Origin: an uncultured delta proteobacterium
GTDB lineage: Bacteria > Myxococcota > Myxococcia > Myxococcales > Anaeromyxobacteraceae
Assembly (NCBI GenBank): GCA_963766715.1
Contig: CAVYBH010000002.1
Span: 192,001-256,000, forward strand
Length of the DNA stretch: 64,000 bases
Direction of reading: 5' to 3'
Positions 41,111 through 51,203 of the stretch are shown in pieces (within the stretch, counting starts at the first letter, position 1; each line of letters begins with the position of its first letter). Below the pieces are notes generated by a model, which was not told the origin of the DNA, ran no database searches, and saw only the letters and a list, made by a program, of their open reading frames with translations. The position numbers were made by a program, and so were the translations under genes.

Positions 41111-41719
41111 ATGACCAAGCTGGTCTTTTCCCTCGTCGCCCTTCTCGCCGCCCCGATCGTCCAGGCGCAGGCCACGTCAGCTGCTCCTTCGAGCCGGACC
41201 CCGATCGAGATGAGCGCCACCGGCACGCCCGGCAAGGCGACGGCATCGCATACGGTCCGGGGCACCGGGACCGTCGCGGCCGTCGACGTCCCGGGGCGCA
41301 CCATCACGCTGCAGAACAAGTCCGGCGCGAAGAAGACCTTCAAGGTCGGGCCCGAGGCGAAGCGGCTCGACGAGATCGCCGTGGGCGACCAGATCACGGT
41401 CGAGTTCGACCAGGAGCTCACGCTCGAGTACCTGCCTCCAGGGTCCGACACGGCTCCGTCCACGGCGACCGCGACGAGCAAGCGCGCCGACAAGGATCAG
41501 GAACCCGGAGGGGCGACCGCGGCCGGCGTGACGGCCACCGTGACCGTCACCGACATCGACCCGGGCAAGCGGCTGGTGACGCTCCAGGGACCCAAGGGCA
41601 AGAGCTTCCAGGTGAAGGCCGGTCCCAAGATCCACCTGGAGAAGCTGAAGGTGGGCGACAGGCTCCTCGGAACGTACGTCGAGGCCGTCGCCATCCAGCT
41701 GGAGAAGCCGAAGAAGTAG
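41111..41719 (+). CDS. secreted hypothetical protein with two OB-fold-like repeats
   Basis: Signal peptide; repeats TVAAVD...ITL...VGD and TVTDID...VTL...VGD. Confidence 0.75.
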   Translation: MTKLVFSLVALLAAPIVQAQATSAAPSSRTPIEMSATGTPGKATASHTVRGTGTVAAVDVPGRTITLQNKSGAKKTFKVGPEAKRLDEIAVGDQITVEFDQELTLEYLPPGSDTAPSTATATSKRADKDQEPGGATAAGVTATVTVTDIDPGKRLVTLQGPKGKSFQVKAGPKIHLEKLKVGDRLLGTYVEAVAIQLEKPKK

Positions 41720-41726
41720 GCGCGCC

Positions 41727-41975
41727 TCAGGACCGCGTGCTCTCCGCGGGCGCCGCCTGCGGGGAGGCCGGGGCAGGGGCAGCCTGCGCCGGCGCGGGCA
41801 GGTCCGGCCTCGCGGCCACCGCGGGCGCGGGAGCGTCGTCGCTCCCGTCGGTCGCCTTCCTGAAGCTCCGGATGCCCTTGCCGAGGGCGTCGCCGAGCTG
41901 GGGCAGCTTGGACGGTCCGAAGATCAGCAGCGCGACGATGAGGATGAGGACGATCTCGCCGAATCCGAGTCTCAT
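41727..41975 (-). CDS. tatA: twin-arginine translocase TatA/TatE subunit
   Basis: LGFGEIVLILIVALLIFGPSKLPQLGDALGKGIRSFRK. Confidence 0.92.
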   Translation of the reverse strand: MRLGFGEIVLILIVALLIFGPSKLPQLGDALGKGIRSFRKATDGSDDAPAPAVAARPDLPAPAQAAPAPASPQAAPAESTRS

Positions 41976-42133
41976 TTGTGCTCCTCGAGGCAGTGGAGAG
42001 CCGCCGGCCCTCCCGGTGGATGGGGTGGGCATCCCGGGCGGTGAGCGCCCGTCCCGCCGTCGCGGGACGCCCGCCCCGCCGGGGCGTGCCCACCGTTCAG
42101 GCGTGGAGGGGGGGCCTTCACGCGAGGTGCGCC

Positions 42134-42319
42134 ATGAAGATGGGTCCGCCGCCGACAGGGACACCGGAAGCCTGGGAGATCGACGACCTCGCCCGGCTCC
42201 GGCAGGTCCGCGAGGAACTCGAGCACGAGTACCTGAGGATCCCCGAGGGGGCCTACAGGCGTCAGTACGACGGGCACGTCCCCAGCCTGGACGAGCGATC
42301 GCGAAGGGGCTCCGGCTGA
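42134..42319 (+). CDS. small hypothetical protein, family A copy 2 (61 aa)
   Basis: Same GAGGTGCGCCATG start context as copy 1; paralogous sequence. Confidence 0.75.
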   Translation: MKMGPPPTGTPEAWEIDDLARLRQVREELEHEYLRIPEGAYRRQYDGHVPSLDERSRRGSG

Positions 42320-42369
42320 CACGGACCCGGCGCGCCGGCCAGGCTCGTGTAAGGTGCTCGCTGCACCCA

Positions 42370-43365
42370 ATGGCGCGGCTCGACGAGAACCACCCCATCG
42401 CTGCCGTCCTCGCGGGCGCGCTCGATCGCTTCCGCGTCCGGCGCCAGCTCCCGGAGCTCGCCCCGGACGAGCGCCTCGATGGGAAGTTGGCCCTCGTCAC
42501 CGGTGGCGCCTCGGGTCTCGGGTTCGCGACGTCCGTGGATCTGGCGCGTCGCGGCGCCCGGGTGCTCCTCGCCGACTGTCGCGACCTGGACGAGGCCCGT
42601 GGCCGGGCCGTCTCCCTCGGGGTTCCACCGGACCGGGTCGAGACCCTCCCGATCGACCTCTCCGATCTCGCCTCGATCGACCGGGTGGCGGCCGACCTCG
42701 CCCGACGCGGCGCAAGGCTCGACCGGCTGGTCCTCAATGCCGCCATCGTCCCCACCTCGGCGCGGACGACGCCCCAGGGGCTCGACGAGATGTTCGTGGT
42801 CAACTACCTCTCGTCGTTCGCCTTGATCGCGCGCCTGCTCGACGGTGGCGTGCTGCCCCGGAACCGTCCCGACGGCGACGTACCGCGCGTCATCTTCGTG
42901 GCCTCCGAGGCTCACCGGTGGAGCGAGGACCTCGCGCTCGACCGGCTCGACCGCCCGCGGGACGGCTCTCCCCGGCGCGTGCTCGCCTGGTACGGCGCCT
43001 ACAAGCTCATGCTGGCCACGTTCGCCTGGGAACTCGGGCGACGGCTGCAGGTCGACGGGGCTCCCCGGGTGGCCGTGCACGCGCTCTGCCCCGGCGCGAT
43101 GCGCACCCGCATCGCACGGGAGCTGCCGGCCCTGCTGCGCGCTCCCCTCGACGTCGTGATGCGCCTCTTCTTCCAGGATCCCTTCGTCGCCGACGAGCCG
43201 GTGCTCCACCTCGCCTGCAGCCGGGCGCTCGAGGGCCGCACCGCGATCTACCTGCACAAGATGGCGCCGAAGGAGGTCGACCCGAGAGCCGCCGACCGGG
43301 ATGCGGGGAGGGCGCTCTGGGAGGCCAGCGAGGCCCTGCTGGCACGGGTGCGCGCCGGGCGTTGA
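42370..43365 (+). CDS. SDR oxidoreductase, retinol dehydrogenase-like
   Basis: TGGASGLG, LVLNAA, VIFVASEAH, YGAYK. Confidence 0.85.
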   Translation: MARLDENHPIAAVLAGALDRFRVRRQLPELAPDERLDGKLALVTGGASGLGFATSVDLARRGARVLLADCRDLDEARGRAVSLGVPPDRVETLPIDLSDLASIDRVAADLARRGARLDRLVLNAAIVPTSARTTPQGLDEMFVVNYLSSFALIARLLDGGVLPRNRPDGDVPRVIFVASEAHRWSEDLALDRLDRPRDGSPRRVLAWYGAYKLMLATFAWELGRRLQVDGAPRVAVHALCPGAMRTRIARELPALLRAPLDVVMRLFFQDPFVADEPVLHLACSRALEGRTAIYLHKMAPKEVDPRAADRDAGRALWEASEALLARVRAGR

Positions 43366-43422
43366 CCGTTGCACCTACACTGGATACTTGCACCCTTTTC
43401 GTGTCCGTGGAATGAGGGACAG

Positions 43423-43824
43423 ATGAAGACCCTCCTCCTCGCCGCGGTCCTCGCCGTCGCCTCGATTCCCGCCCCCTCCGCCGCCCAGGTCTCGCTTCGG
43501 GTGGAGCTCGGCGTTCCGCTGCCCCCGAGCCCGACCCTGCTCGTGGTCCAGCCCGGAATCCAGGTGGTTGCGGGCTACCCGGAGGAGATCTTCTACGTGG
43601 GCAACTACTACTGGCTGCGACGCGAGGGCGGCTGGTACCGCTCCATCCACCCCAGGACGGGCTTCCTCGTCGTCGCTCCGGGTCGCGTTCCGCCCGGCCT
43701 GGTCCGTCTTCCGCCTGGTCACTACCGGAACTACACCAAGGCCCAGGCGAAGGCCGACCGGGAGTCCTGGAAGGCCCAGAAGAAGGCTGCGAAGCACGCC
43801 TCCGGTTCCGGCCACGATCACTGA
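43423..43824 (+). CDS. secreted Pro-rich hypothetical protein
   Basis: Signal peptide; EIFY...YYW...WYRS...PPGHY. Confidence 0.7.
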   Translation: MKTLLLAAVLAVASIPAPSAAQVSLRVELGVPLPPSPTLLVVQPGIQVVAGYPEEIFYVGNYYWLRREGGWYRSIHPRTGFLVVAPGRVPPGLVRLPPGHYRNYTKAQAKADRESWKAQKKAAKHASGSGHDH

Positions 43825-43845
43825 CCCGAGGCCGGGCGCCTCGTC

Positions 43846-44232
43846 CTAGGCGGCGAGGCGCTGGACGGTGTCGAGCACGTCCTCGAGGAGGTACGGCTTC
43901 CTGAGGATGGCCTCGACGTCGAGGGTGTCCTCGAAGGCCGAGACGACCACCACCGGGACCCTCGCCAGGTCGGGGTCCCTGAGCTGTGCGTCCCGGAACT
44001 CCCAGCCGTTCATGACCGGCATCATCAGGTCGAGGAGGATCACGTCCGGGCGCGTGGCCCGCGCCTCCGCGAGCGCGATCTTCCCGTCGCTCGCGGACGA
44101 GACCAGGTAGCCTTCGCTCGCCAGCAGCTCCACGAGAAGCTCCCGGTTGTCCCGGTCGTCATCGACCACGAGCACCCGCCTGGCGGGCGATCGAATCGGC
44201 GTCTCCATGGCGTCCTTGCCCCGTGTGGCCAT
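43846..44232 (-). CDS. single-domain response regulator
   Basis: VLVVDDD, ILLDLMMP, SA, RKP. Confidence 0.9.
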   Translation of the reverse strand: MATRGKDAMETPIRSPARRVLVVDDDRDNRELLVELLASEGYLVSSASDGKIALAEARATRPDVILLDLMMPVMNGWEFRDAQLRDPDLARVPVVVVSAFEDTLDVEAILRKPYLLEDVLDTVQRLAA

Positions 44233-44368
44233 CTGGATGTCTCCTCCGGTGCTGCGGAAACCCGCTGCTGCCTGCTCGTCGAGCGGGCTTTCGGCGAGGA
44301 CCGGTCCGGTAAATCGCCCCGTTGGCGGACGACGAGTGGAATCTCTGCATCCGGCGCGCCATGGAGTG

Positions 44369-45040
44369 TCAGCCCTGGAGCGCGAGGGCGTTGATGGCCG
44401 GGTTCTCCAGCACCTTCGACGGAGCGCCGCGCCGGACGGCGACGAGCATCGCCTTGCCGACGTTCTCCGTCGTGGTCACCCATCGCGGGAAGAGCGCCTG
44501 CCACACCGGGTAGAGCGGCCCCAGCGCGGCATAGAGCAGCGCGTACCATCGGGTCCGGGATCTCGCGCCGTGGAGCGGCTGGATGAAGGCCGGGCGGAAC
44601 ATGTAGGCCGTCCGGAAGGGAAGCCGCAGGAGCGCGTTCTCGGTCTCGCCCTTCACCCGGGCCCACATGCTGCGTCCACGCTCCGTCGAGTCGGTTCCCG
44701 CCCCCGACACGTAGACGAAGGTCATCGCCGGATTCAGCCGGGAGAGGAGGGTCGCCGCCGACAGCGCCAGGTCGTGGGTCACGCGGCGGTAGGAAGCCTC
44801 GTCCATCCCCGCGGAAGAGGCGCCGAGGCAGAAGAAGCAGGCGTCGTATCCGGTGAGCGCGGCGGCGTGGGGGGCGAGGTCGAGCAGGTCGGCGGCGACG
44901 AGCTCCTCGAGCTTCGGGTGATGCTGGCCGACCGGGCGCCGGCCGACGGCGAGGACGCGCTCCACGTCCGGGGCGAGAAGGCACTCCCGCAGGACGCCCT
45001 GGCCCACCATGCCGGTGGCTCCGAACAGGATGACCTTCAT
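44369..45040 (-). CDS. NAD(P)-binding epimerase/atypical SDR (CC3/TIP30-like)
   Basis: MKVILFGATGMVG, DACFFCLG, WARVKGETE. Confidence 0.88.
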   Translation of the reverse strand: MKVILFGATGMVGQGVLRECLLAPDVERVLAVGRRPVGQHHPKLEELVAADLLDLAPHAAALTGYDACFFCLGASSAGMDEASYRRVTHDLALSAATLLSRLNPAMTFVYVSGAGTDSTERGRSMWARVKGETENALLRLPFRTAYMFRPAFIQPLHGARSRTRWYALLYAALGPLYPVWQALFPRWVTTTENVGKAMLVAVRRGAPSKVLENPAINALALQG

Positions 45041-45042
45041 GG

Positions 45043-45867
45043 CTACCTGAACAGGATGCGACGGATGACCCCGTCGAAGGCGCGATCCGGCAGCAGGGCA
45101 CGTCCCCAGAGGGCGGCCCTGGCCCCCGAGCCCATGGAATAGCGGGTCCGCGGCCGCCGGGCCGAGAGCGCCTTCACGATCGCGTCGGCCACCACGCGAG
45201 GGGGCGAGGCAGAAGCGTACGCGGCGCCCTCGAGGGTGCGCCCGAAGGCGAGCGCCTGCTCCTTGTAGGGCCCGGCGCCCGAGGTGGCGAGCAGGGACTC
45301 GCGGGCGATCCCGGACCACTCGGTGGCGATGGCGCCGGGCTCGATGATGACGACGTGAATGCCGAAGGGCGCGACCTCCATCCGCAGCGCATCGGAAAAG
45401 CCCTCCACCGCGTGCTTGGTGGCGTGGTACCAGCCGCCCAGCGGCGTGTAGATCTTCCCGCCGATGGAGGTGACGTTGAACACGTATCCGGACCGCTGCC
45501 TCCGCATGACGGGCAGCGCGAGCTGGGTCACGCGGGCCAGCCCGAAGAGGTTCACCTCGAACTGGCGACGCGCCTCGGCCAGCGGGACCTCCTCGATCGA
45601 CCCGTAGGAGCCGTAGCCGGCGTTGTTCACGAGGACGTCGAGGCGTCCCTCCCGCTCGAGGATGGATCCGACGCAGGACTCGATGGAGGCCTCGTCGGTC
45701 AGGTCGAGCGGCACGGCGTTCCCGCCGCGCGCCACGATGTCCTGCATGCGGTCGACCCGGCGCGCCGCCCCGTGGACGGCGTAGCCGCAATCGAGGAGCG
45801 CCAGGGCCACCTCCGTGCCGATCCCGGAGGACGCTCCCGTCACCAGTGCCACCTTCTTGTCGTTCAT
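45043..45867 (-). CDS. classical SDR oxidoreductase
   Basis: TGASSGIG, LVNNAG, YHATK. Confidence 0.92.
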   Translation of the reverse strand: MNDKKVALVTGASSGIGTEVALALLDCGYAVHGAARRVDRMQDIVARGGNAVPLDLTDEASIESCVGSILEREGRLDVLVNNAGYGSYGSIEEVPLAEARRQFEVNLFGLARVTQLALPVMRRQRSGYVFNVTSIGGKIYTPLGGWYHATKHAVEGFSDALRMEVAPFGIHVVIIEPGAIATEWSGIARESLLATSGAGPYKEQALAFGRTLEGAAYASASPPRVVADAIVKALSARRPRTRYSMGSGARAALWGRALLPDRAFDGVIRRILFR

Positions 45868-45914
45868 GACGATCTCCTCTTAGAAGCGCCGCGGCCGCCT
45901 GTCCCGCCCTTGCG

Positions 45915-47186
45915 CTACCGGGCGGGTGACCGCCCCCCCGTGTGGGTGCTCGCCACGGCGGCGAGCGCCAGGCCCGCGGAGCAGGAGACCCAGACCCCCG
46001 GCATGGCCCGGTTCCCGGTGACGTGGATGAGCCAGGTGTCGAAGGCGGGCGTGAACCCGCCGAACACGGCCGTGGCGAGGCTGTAGGCAAGCGAGAACCC
46101 GGCGGTCCGCACCTCCAGGGGCATGATCTCCGTGAGGTACACGATCATCGCGCCGTTGTAGCTCCCGTACAGGAAGGAGAGCCACAGCTCGACGGCGAGA
46201 AGCCTGCCGAGGCTTGGCGAAGCCACCAGCCAGGCCATGGCGGGATAGGCGGTCGCGATGGCGAGGGCGGTGGCGGCCACGAGCAAGGGCCGCCGTCCGA
46301 CCCGATCCGACGCGGCGCCCATGACCGGGAGCCAGAAGAGGTTCGAGAGACCGACGCACAGGGTGACGACGAGGGCGTCGCCACCGTCGAGGTGGAGGAC
46401 CTCCTTTCCGAACGTCGGCGTGAATGCGGTGATCGTGTAGAAGGTCACCGTCGTCATGGCCACGAGCGCCATGCCCAGGAGGACGATCCTCCAGCTTCCG
46501 AGGAGCGTCCGGAGGATCTGCGACGTCGAGGGCCTGCGAGGCCTGCCCAGGAACTCCTCGGTCTCCTGGAGCGAGCGCCGGATGACGAAGAGGAGCGGGA
46601 CGAGCGTGCAGCCCACGAGCAGCGGTACGCGCCAGCCCCAGTCGGCCATCTGCTCCGGACGAAGCCAGGTGCTGAGCAGCACGCCGAGGAACGCGGCGAA
46701 GACGACCGCCACCTGCTGGCTCGCCGACTGCCAGCTGACGTAGAAGCCCTTGTTCCCGGGCGTCGCGATCTCGGACAGGTAGACCGAGACGCCCCCCAGC
46801 TCCGCCCCCGCCGAGATGCCCTGCACGAGGCGTCCCAGGACCACCAGGATCGGCGCCGCCAGCCCCAGCGTTTCGTAGCCCGGCGTGACCGCGATCGAGA
46901 GCGTCCCGATCGCCATCAGACCCAGCGTGACGAGGAGCCCGCGCCTGCGCCCGTGCCGATCGATGTACGCGCCGAGCAGGACCGCCCCCAGGGGGCGCAT
47001 GAGGAAGCCGGCGCCGAACGTCATGAGCGACAGCATCAGCGACGCGAACTCGTCGTGGCTCGGGAAGTACGCCCGCGCGATGGCGGACGCGTAGTACCCG
47101 AACACCATGAAGTCGAACATCTCCAGGAAGTTGCCGCTGGCGACCTGGACGACGGCGCGGAGCTTCCCGGAGCGATCCTGGGGCAT
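45915..47186 (-). CDS. MFS citrate/tricarballylate:proton symporter (CitA/TcuC-like)
   Basis: SGNFLEMFDF, GFLMRPLGA, GAELGGVSVYLSEIA, SWQSASQQ. Confidence 0.88.
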   Translation of the reverse strand: MPQDRSGKLRAVVQVASGNFLEMFDFMVFGYYASAIARAYFPSHDEFASLMLSLMTFGAGFLMRPLGAVLLGAYIDRHGRRRGLLVTLGLMAIGTLSIAVTPGYETLGLAAPILVVLGRLVQGISAGAELGGVSVYLSEIATPGNKGFYVSWQSASQQVAVVFAAFLGVLLSTWLRPEQMADWGWRVPLLVGCTLVPLLFVIRRSLQETEEFLGRPRRPSTSQILRTLLGSWRIVLLGMALVAMTTVTFYTITAFTPTFGKEVLHLDGGDALVVTLCVGLSNLFWLPVMGAASDRVGRRPLLVAATALAIATAYPAMAWLVASPSLGRLLAVELWLSFLYGSYNGAMIVYLTEIMPLEVRTAGFSLAYSLATAVFGGFTPAFDTWLIHVTGNRAMPGVWVSCSAGLALAAVASTHTGGRSPAR

Positions 47187-47234
47187 CGTCGTCACCGCGC
47201 TCCTCCTCGCGTCGTGCAGCCTGGGACGCAAAAC

Positions 47235-48551
47235 ATGGCACGTCGCGCCCACGTCGGTATATCGCCCCGAACCGTGACCGGCCCACGACGTCCCGACGCG
47301 ACCCCGAGCGGCAAGGCCGGACTCCTTGCCATGGCGCTCGTGTCGCTCGCCTGCTTCGGGAACTACTACGTCTACGACTCGATCGGCCCGGTCGCCGACC
47401 TGCTCCAGCGCCAGCTCGGCTTCAGCGACACGCAGATCGGTACGCTGAACGCGATCTACAGCATTCCCAACGTCGTGCTGATCCTGGTCGGCGGGATCCT
47501 CGTCGACCGGCTCGGGGCGGGCCGCACGATGGCCTGGACGGCCGCCATCTGCTTCCTCGGGGCGCTCCTGACGGCCGCCAGCCCGAGCTTCGTCGTGATG
47601 GCGGCGGGCCGGCTGCTGTACGGCGTCGGAGCCGAGACCTTCAACATCGCGACGCTCGCCGCGGTCACCGTCTTCTTCCCGCGACGCCACACGGCCCTGA
47701 TGATGGGCCTCACCATCGGCGTCGGACGGGCGGGATCCTGGGTGGCCGATCTCTCCCCGACGATCTGGAGGGGGTTCTACGCGGGAGGATGGCAGCCCCC
47801 GCTCGTGCTGGCGGCGGCCATCGCGGCGACCAGCCTCGTCGCGAGCGCTGCGTACTGGCTGATCGAGCGACGGAACGCGGGCGACGGAAAGGCGGAGGTC
47901 CAGTCCCAGCCGTTCGCGTGGCGGGACGCACTCGGCTTCGGCAGCGCCTACTGGTACCTCCTCGTGCTCTGCGTGCTCTGGTACGGCGTGATCCTCGCGT
48001 TCCGCAGCACCTTCGCCATCAAGTACTTCCAGCAGGTGCACGGCCTCTCGCTGGAGGACGCGGGCCAGATCAACGCGCACGTCTTCCTGGCCGCGCTCTT
48101 CGCAACCCCTGCGCTGGGCTGGCTCTGCGACCGGCTCGGCAGGTATGCGGGGCTGCTCGCCCTGGGAGCCGGGCTGCTCCCGATCTCGCTCGCCATCATG
48201 GCCTCCGGCAACGGCGGGATCGGCTTCGCCAGCGTTCTCATCGGGATCTCGTTCTCGCTGGTCCCCGCCGCCATGTGGCCCCTGACCTCCCGGCTCGTCG
48301 AGCCAGGCCGATTCGGCACCGCCATCGGGCTGATGTGGGTGGTGCAGAACGCGGGAATCGCCGGGGCGAACCTCGTGGCGGGCTGGCTGAACGACCGCGC
48401 CGGCGCCGGCCCGATGAACCCGGCCGGCTACGCGCCGATGATGCGGTTCTTCATCCTCCTGAGCACCGTGGGCTTCGGGTTCGCGGTGCTCCTCTGGTTG
48501 CGGACCCGGGACAGGCCGGCGGCGCCGGTCGTCGCTCCGGTCGCACCCTGA
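47235..48551 (+). CDS. MFS transporter (MFSD1-like)
   Basis: FGNYYVYD...YSIPN...GGILVDRLG. Confidence 0.85.
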   Translation: MARRAHVGISPRTVTGPRRPDATPSGKAGLLAMALVSLACFGNYYVYDSIGPVADLLQRQLGFSDTQIGTLNAIYSIPNVVLILVGGILVDRLGAGRTMAWTAAICFLGALLTAASPSFVVMAAGRLLYGVGAETFNIATLAAVTVFFPRRHTALMMGLTIGVGRAGSWVADLSPTIWRGFYAGGWQPPLVLAAAIAATSLVASAAYWLIERRNAGDGKAEVQSQPFAWRDALGFGSAYWYLLVLCVLWYGVILAFRSTFAIKYFQQVHGLSLEDAGQINAHVFLAALFATPALGWLCDRLGRYAGLLALGAGLLPISLAIMASGNGGIGFASVLIGISFSLVPAAMWPLTSRLVEPGRFGTAIGLMWVVQNAGIAGANLVAGWLNDRAGAGPMNPAGYAPMMRFFILLSTVGFGFAVLLWLRTRDRPAAPVVAPVAP

Positions 48552-48583
48552 CGCGGGATTCGATACCTTCACCGGGGGCGTAC

Positions 48584-49594
48584 ATGAGCGCGCAGGCAGC
48601 CATCGCCGGGCTTCTCCTCCTCCTCGCCGCCCCGGTGGTCGCGGAGGCGCCTCCAGCCGGCGCGCCCGCCTACGACGCCGAGGGCACTGCCTTCCCGTAC
48701 CCCTGGCCGGTCCACTTCTTCGAGTTCGAGAGCCAGCGCCAGCGACTGCGCATGGCGTACCTCGACGTCGCTCCCGCGGAAGGGAAGGGGAACGGGCAGG
48801 TCGTGCTCCTCCTGCACGGCAAGAACTTCAACGCGAGCGACTGGGAAACCACCATCACGTCGCTCACCCGCGCCGGGTTTCGATGCATCGCGCCCGACCA
48901 GATCGGTTTCGGGCGCTCGAGCAAGCCCGCCGCCTACCAGTTCTCCTTCACCCAGCTCGCCGCCAGCACGCGAGCCCTCCTGGCCTCGCTGGGGGTGGCG
49001 CGCACCATCGTCGTCGGCCACTCGATGGGCGGGATGCTCGCCGTGACCTACGCGGTCGAGTACCCGGGGGCGACCGAGAAGCTGGTGCTGGTGAATCCCA
49101 TCGGGCTCGAGGACTACGCCGCGCTCGTCCCGCCGCGCACCGTGGACGAGTGGTACCGGGCGGAGCTGAAGGCGACGCCCGAATCGGTGCGCGAGTACCA
49201 GCGCAACGCCTACTACGCAGGCGCGTGGAAGCCGGAGTACGAAGCGCATACCCGCCTTCTCGCCGGATGGACGCGCTCGCCGGACTGGCCGCAGGTGGCC
49301 TGGGACGCGGCGCTCACCACCGACATGATCTTCACGCAGCCGATCGTGCCGAAGCTGGCGCGGATCCAGGTCCCCACGCTGATCGTCATCGGCACGCGCG
49401 ATCGGACGGCGCCGGGGAAGGCCTTCGCCCCGCCGGACGTGCAGAAGACGATGGGAGATTACGAGAGGCTCGGGAAGCTCACGCAGGAGAGGATTCCAGG
49501 TTCCAGGCTGGCCGAGATTCCCGGCGTGGGGCACGTCCCCCAGGTCGAGGCGTTCCCGATCTTCGAGAAGACGTTGCTGGGGTTCCTGCGGTAG
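48584..49594 (+). CDS. secreted alpha/beta hydrolase
   Basis: LLHGKNF, DQIGFG.S, GHSMGG, GHVPQ. Confidence 0.9.
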   Translation: MSAQAAIAGLLLLLAAPVVAEAPPAGAPAYDAEGTAFPYPWPVHFFEFESQRQRLRMAYLDVAPAEGKGNGQVVLLLHGKNFNASDWETTITSLTRAGFRCIAPDQIGFGRSSKPAAYQFSFTQLAASTRALLASLGVARTIVVGHSMGGMLAVTYAVEYPGATEKLVLVNPIGLEDYAALVPPRTVDEWYRAELKATPESVREYQRNAYYAGAWKPEYEAHTRLLAGWTRSPDWPQVAWDAALTTDMIFTQPIVPKLARIQVPTLIVIGTRDRTAPGKAFAPPDVQKTMGDYERLGKLTQERIPGSRLAEIPGVGHVPQVEAFPIFEKTLLGFLR

Positions 49595-49607
49595 CGTGAG
49601 GTACGCC

Positions 49608-51203
49608 ATGGCCAGCGCCGCGCACCTTCTGATGCCCGACCGACCGACCCCGAACGACGAGACAGGGGGGCTCCTTCGGCTCGGTTCGGCCGCGGCCCTG
49701 GCCGGCGTCGCGACAGGGCTGCTCGGCGCGGCCTTCCGGGTGGCGCTCGACTCCGGCCACTCGCTCCGGGACGCGCTCGTCTCCTGGGCGCACGGCTGGC
49801 CTCGGTGGGGGTGGATCTTCCCGGTGGCCGCCTCCGGCGCCGCCGTGGCGCTCGCCCGGTTCCTCGTCCGCTTCGCCCCCCTGGCCTCCGGGAGCGGGGT
49901 CCAGCACGTGGAGGCGGTGGCGCGCGGGGAGGCGGAGCCCGCCGGCCTCCGGACGCTGCCCGTGAAGTTCGCCGGAGGCGTGCTGGCCATCGGGGCCGGG
50001 ATGGTCCTCGGGCGGGAAGGGCCCACCGTACAGATGGGCGGCGTGGTCGGGGTGGAGACCGGACGCGGCCTGAGGCTCTCCCGTCGAGACCGGATCGACC
50101 TGCTCGTGGCCTCCGCCGGCGCCGGGCTCGCCGTGGCCTTCAACGCCCCCGTCGGAGGCGCGCTCTTCGTGATCGAGGAGGTGACGAAGAGGGTCCGGCT
50201 TCGCCTGACGCTCATGACACTGCTCGCCTGCGGGGTGGCGGTGGCGGTGTCGCGTGCGCTCCTCGGAGACCAGCCCGTCTTCCAGGTTCCCGCCCTGCCC
50301 GACGCTCCCCTCGCGAGCCTGGTTCCGTTCCTCGCCCTCGGCCTCGTCGCCGGCGCCCTGGGCACGGCCTACAACCGCTCGGTCGTGGCGGGGCTCGACC
50401 TCTTCGCCTGGTCCCGCCGGGTCCCGCTCGAGCTTCGCGCCGGGATCGCGGGCGGACTGGTCGGGCTGCTCGCATGGTGGTCCCCGGCCATCGTCGGGGG
50501 AGGAGACCTGCTCAACCAGCGCCTGCTGGACGGAGCCGCCCCCCTCGGAACGCTCACCGTGCTCCTGGTGCTGAGGTGGTTCCTCGGGGCGGGCTCCTAC
50601 GCGGTGGGGACCCCCGGGGGACTCTTCGCGCCACTCCTGCTGCTCGGCGCCACGACGGGGTCGCTCTTCCACGGGCTCTTGTCGGGTGCGACGTCCCTGC
50701 CGCTCCCGGCCGCGCCGGCCTTCGCGGCGGTGGGGATGGCGGCGTTCTTCGCGGGCGTGGTCCGGGCGCCGCTCACCGGGCTGGTCCTGGTCGTCGAGAT
50801 GACGGCGTCGACCACCCTCATCGTCCCGATGCTGGTGGCGTGCTTCGGCGCCGTCGCCGCGGCGACCGCGCTGCGGAACCCGCCCGTCTACGACACGCTG
50901 CGGCTCCGGATGCTCGCAGCCGACCGCGCGCACGGTGCCGCCCGAGGCCGGCCCGGGATCAGAGGCGGATGGTTCCGGCCAGGACCAGGTTGCGCGAGGA
51001 GTTGCCCACGTGGACGCCGTAGTCGCCCGACGAGACGGCCCATGACCGCGCCGCCGTGTCCCAGTAGCCGAAGGGGTGGGCCGAGGAGCTCGCCGTCCAC
51101 GAGGATGGTGACCGTCTCGCTCGCGCCAGGAGCCAGCGTCACCTTCTTCCAGCCGATCAGCCGGCGGGGCGGCTCGTTCAGGCCGGCAGGCATCGAGAGG
51201 TAG
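49608..51203 (+). CDS. clcA: ClC family H+/Cl- exchange transporter (true end probably near 50960)
   Basis: GSGVQ, GREGP gating Glu, FVIEE proton Glu, GLFAP, PVY. Confidence 0.85.
   Translation: MASAAHLLMPDRPTPNDETGGLLRLGSAAALAGVATGLLGAAFRVALDSGHSLRDALVSWAHGWPRWGWIFPVAASGAAVALARFLVRFAPLASGSGVQHVEAVARGEAEPAGLRTLPVKFAGGVLAIGAGMVLGREGPTVQMGGVVGVETGRGLRLSRRDRIDLLVASAGAGLAVAFNAPVGGALFVIEEVTKRVRLRLTLMTLLACGVAVAVSRALLGDQPVFQVPALPDAPLASLVPFLALGLVAGALGTAYNRSVVAGLDLFAWSRRVPLELRAGIAGGLVGLLAWWSPAIVGGGDLLNQRLLDGAAPLGTLTVLLVLRWFLGAGSYAVGTPGGLFAPLLLLGATTGSLFHGLLSGATSLPLPAAPAFAAVGMAAFFAGVVRAPLTGLVLVVEMTASTTLIVPMLVACFGAVAAATALRNPPVYDTLRLRMLAADRAHGAARGRPGIRGGWFRPGPGCARSCPRGRRSRPTRRPMTAPPCPSSRRGGPRSSPSTRMVTVSLAPGASVTFFQPISRRGGSFRPAGIER

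Noticed and set aside
47222..47234. GGGACGCAAAAC resembling the c-di-GMP-I (GEMM) riboswitch core
   Set aside because: The GGCAAA/GAAA P2 stem is absent, and the gap between the divergent MFS genes is under 50 bp.
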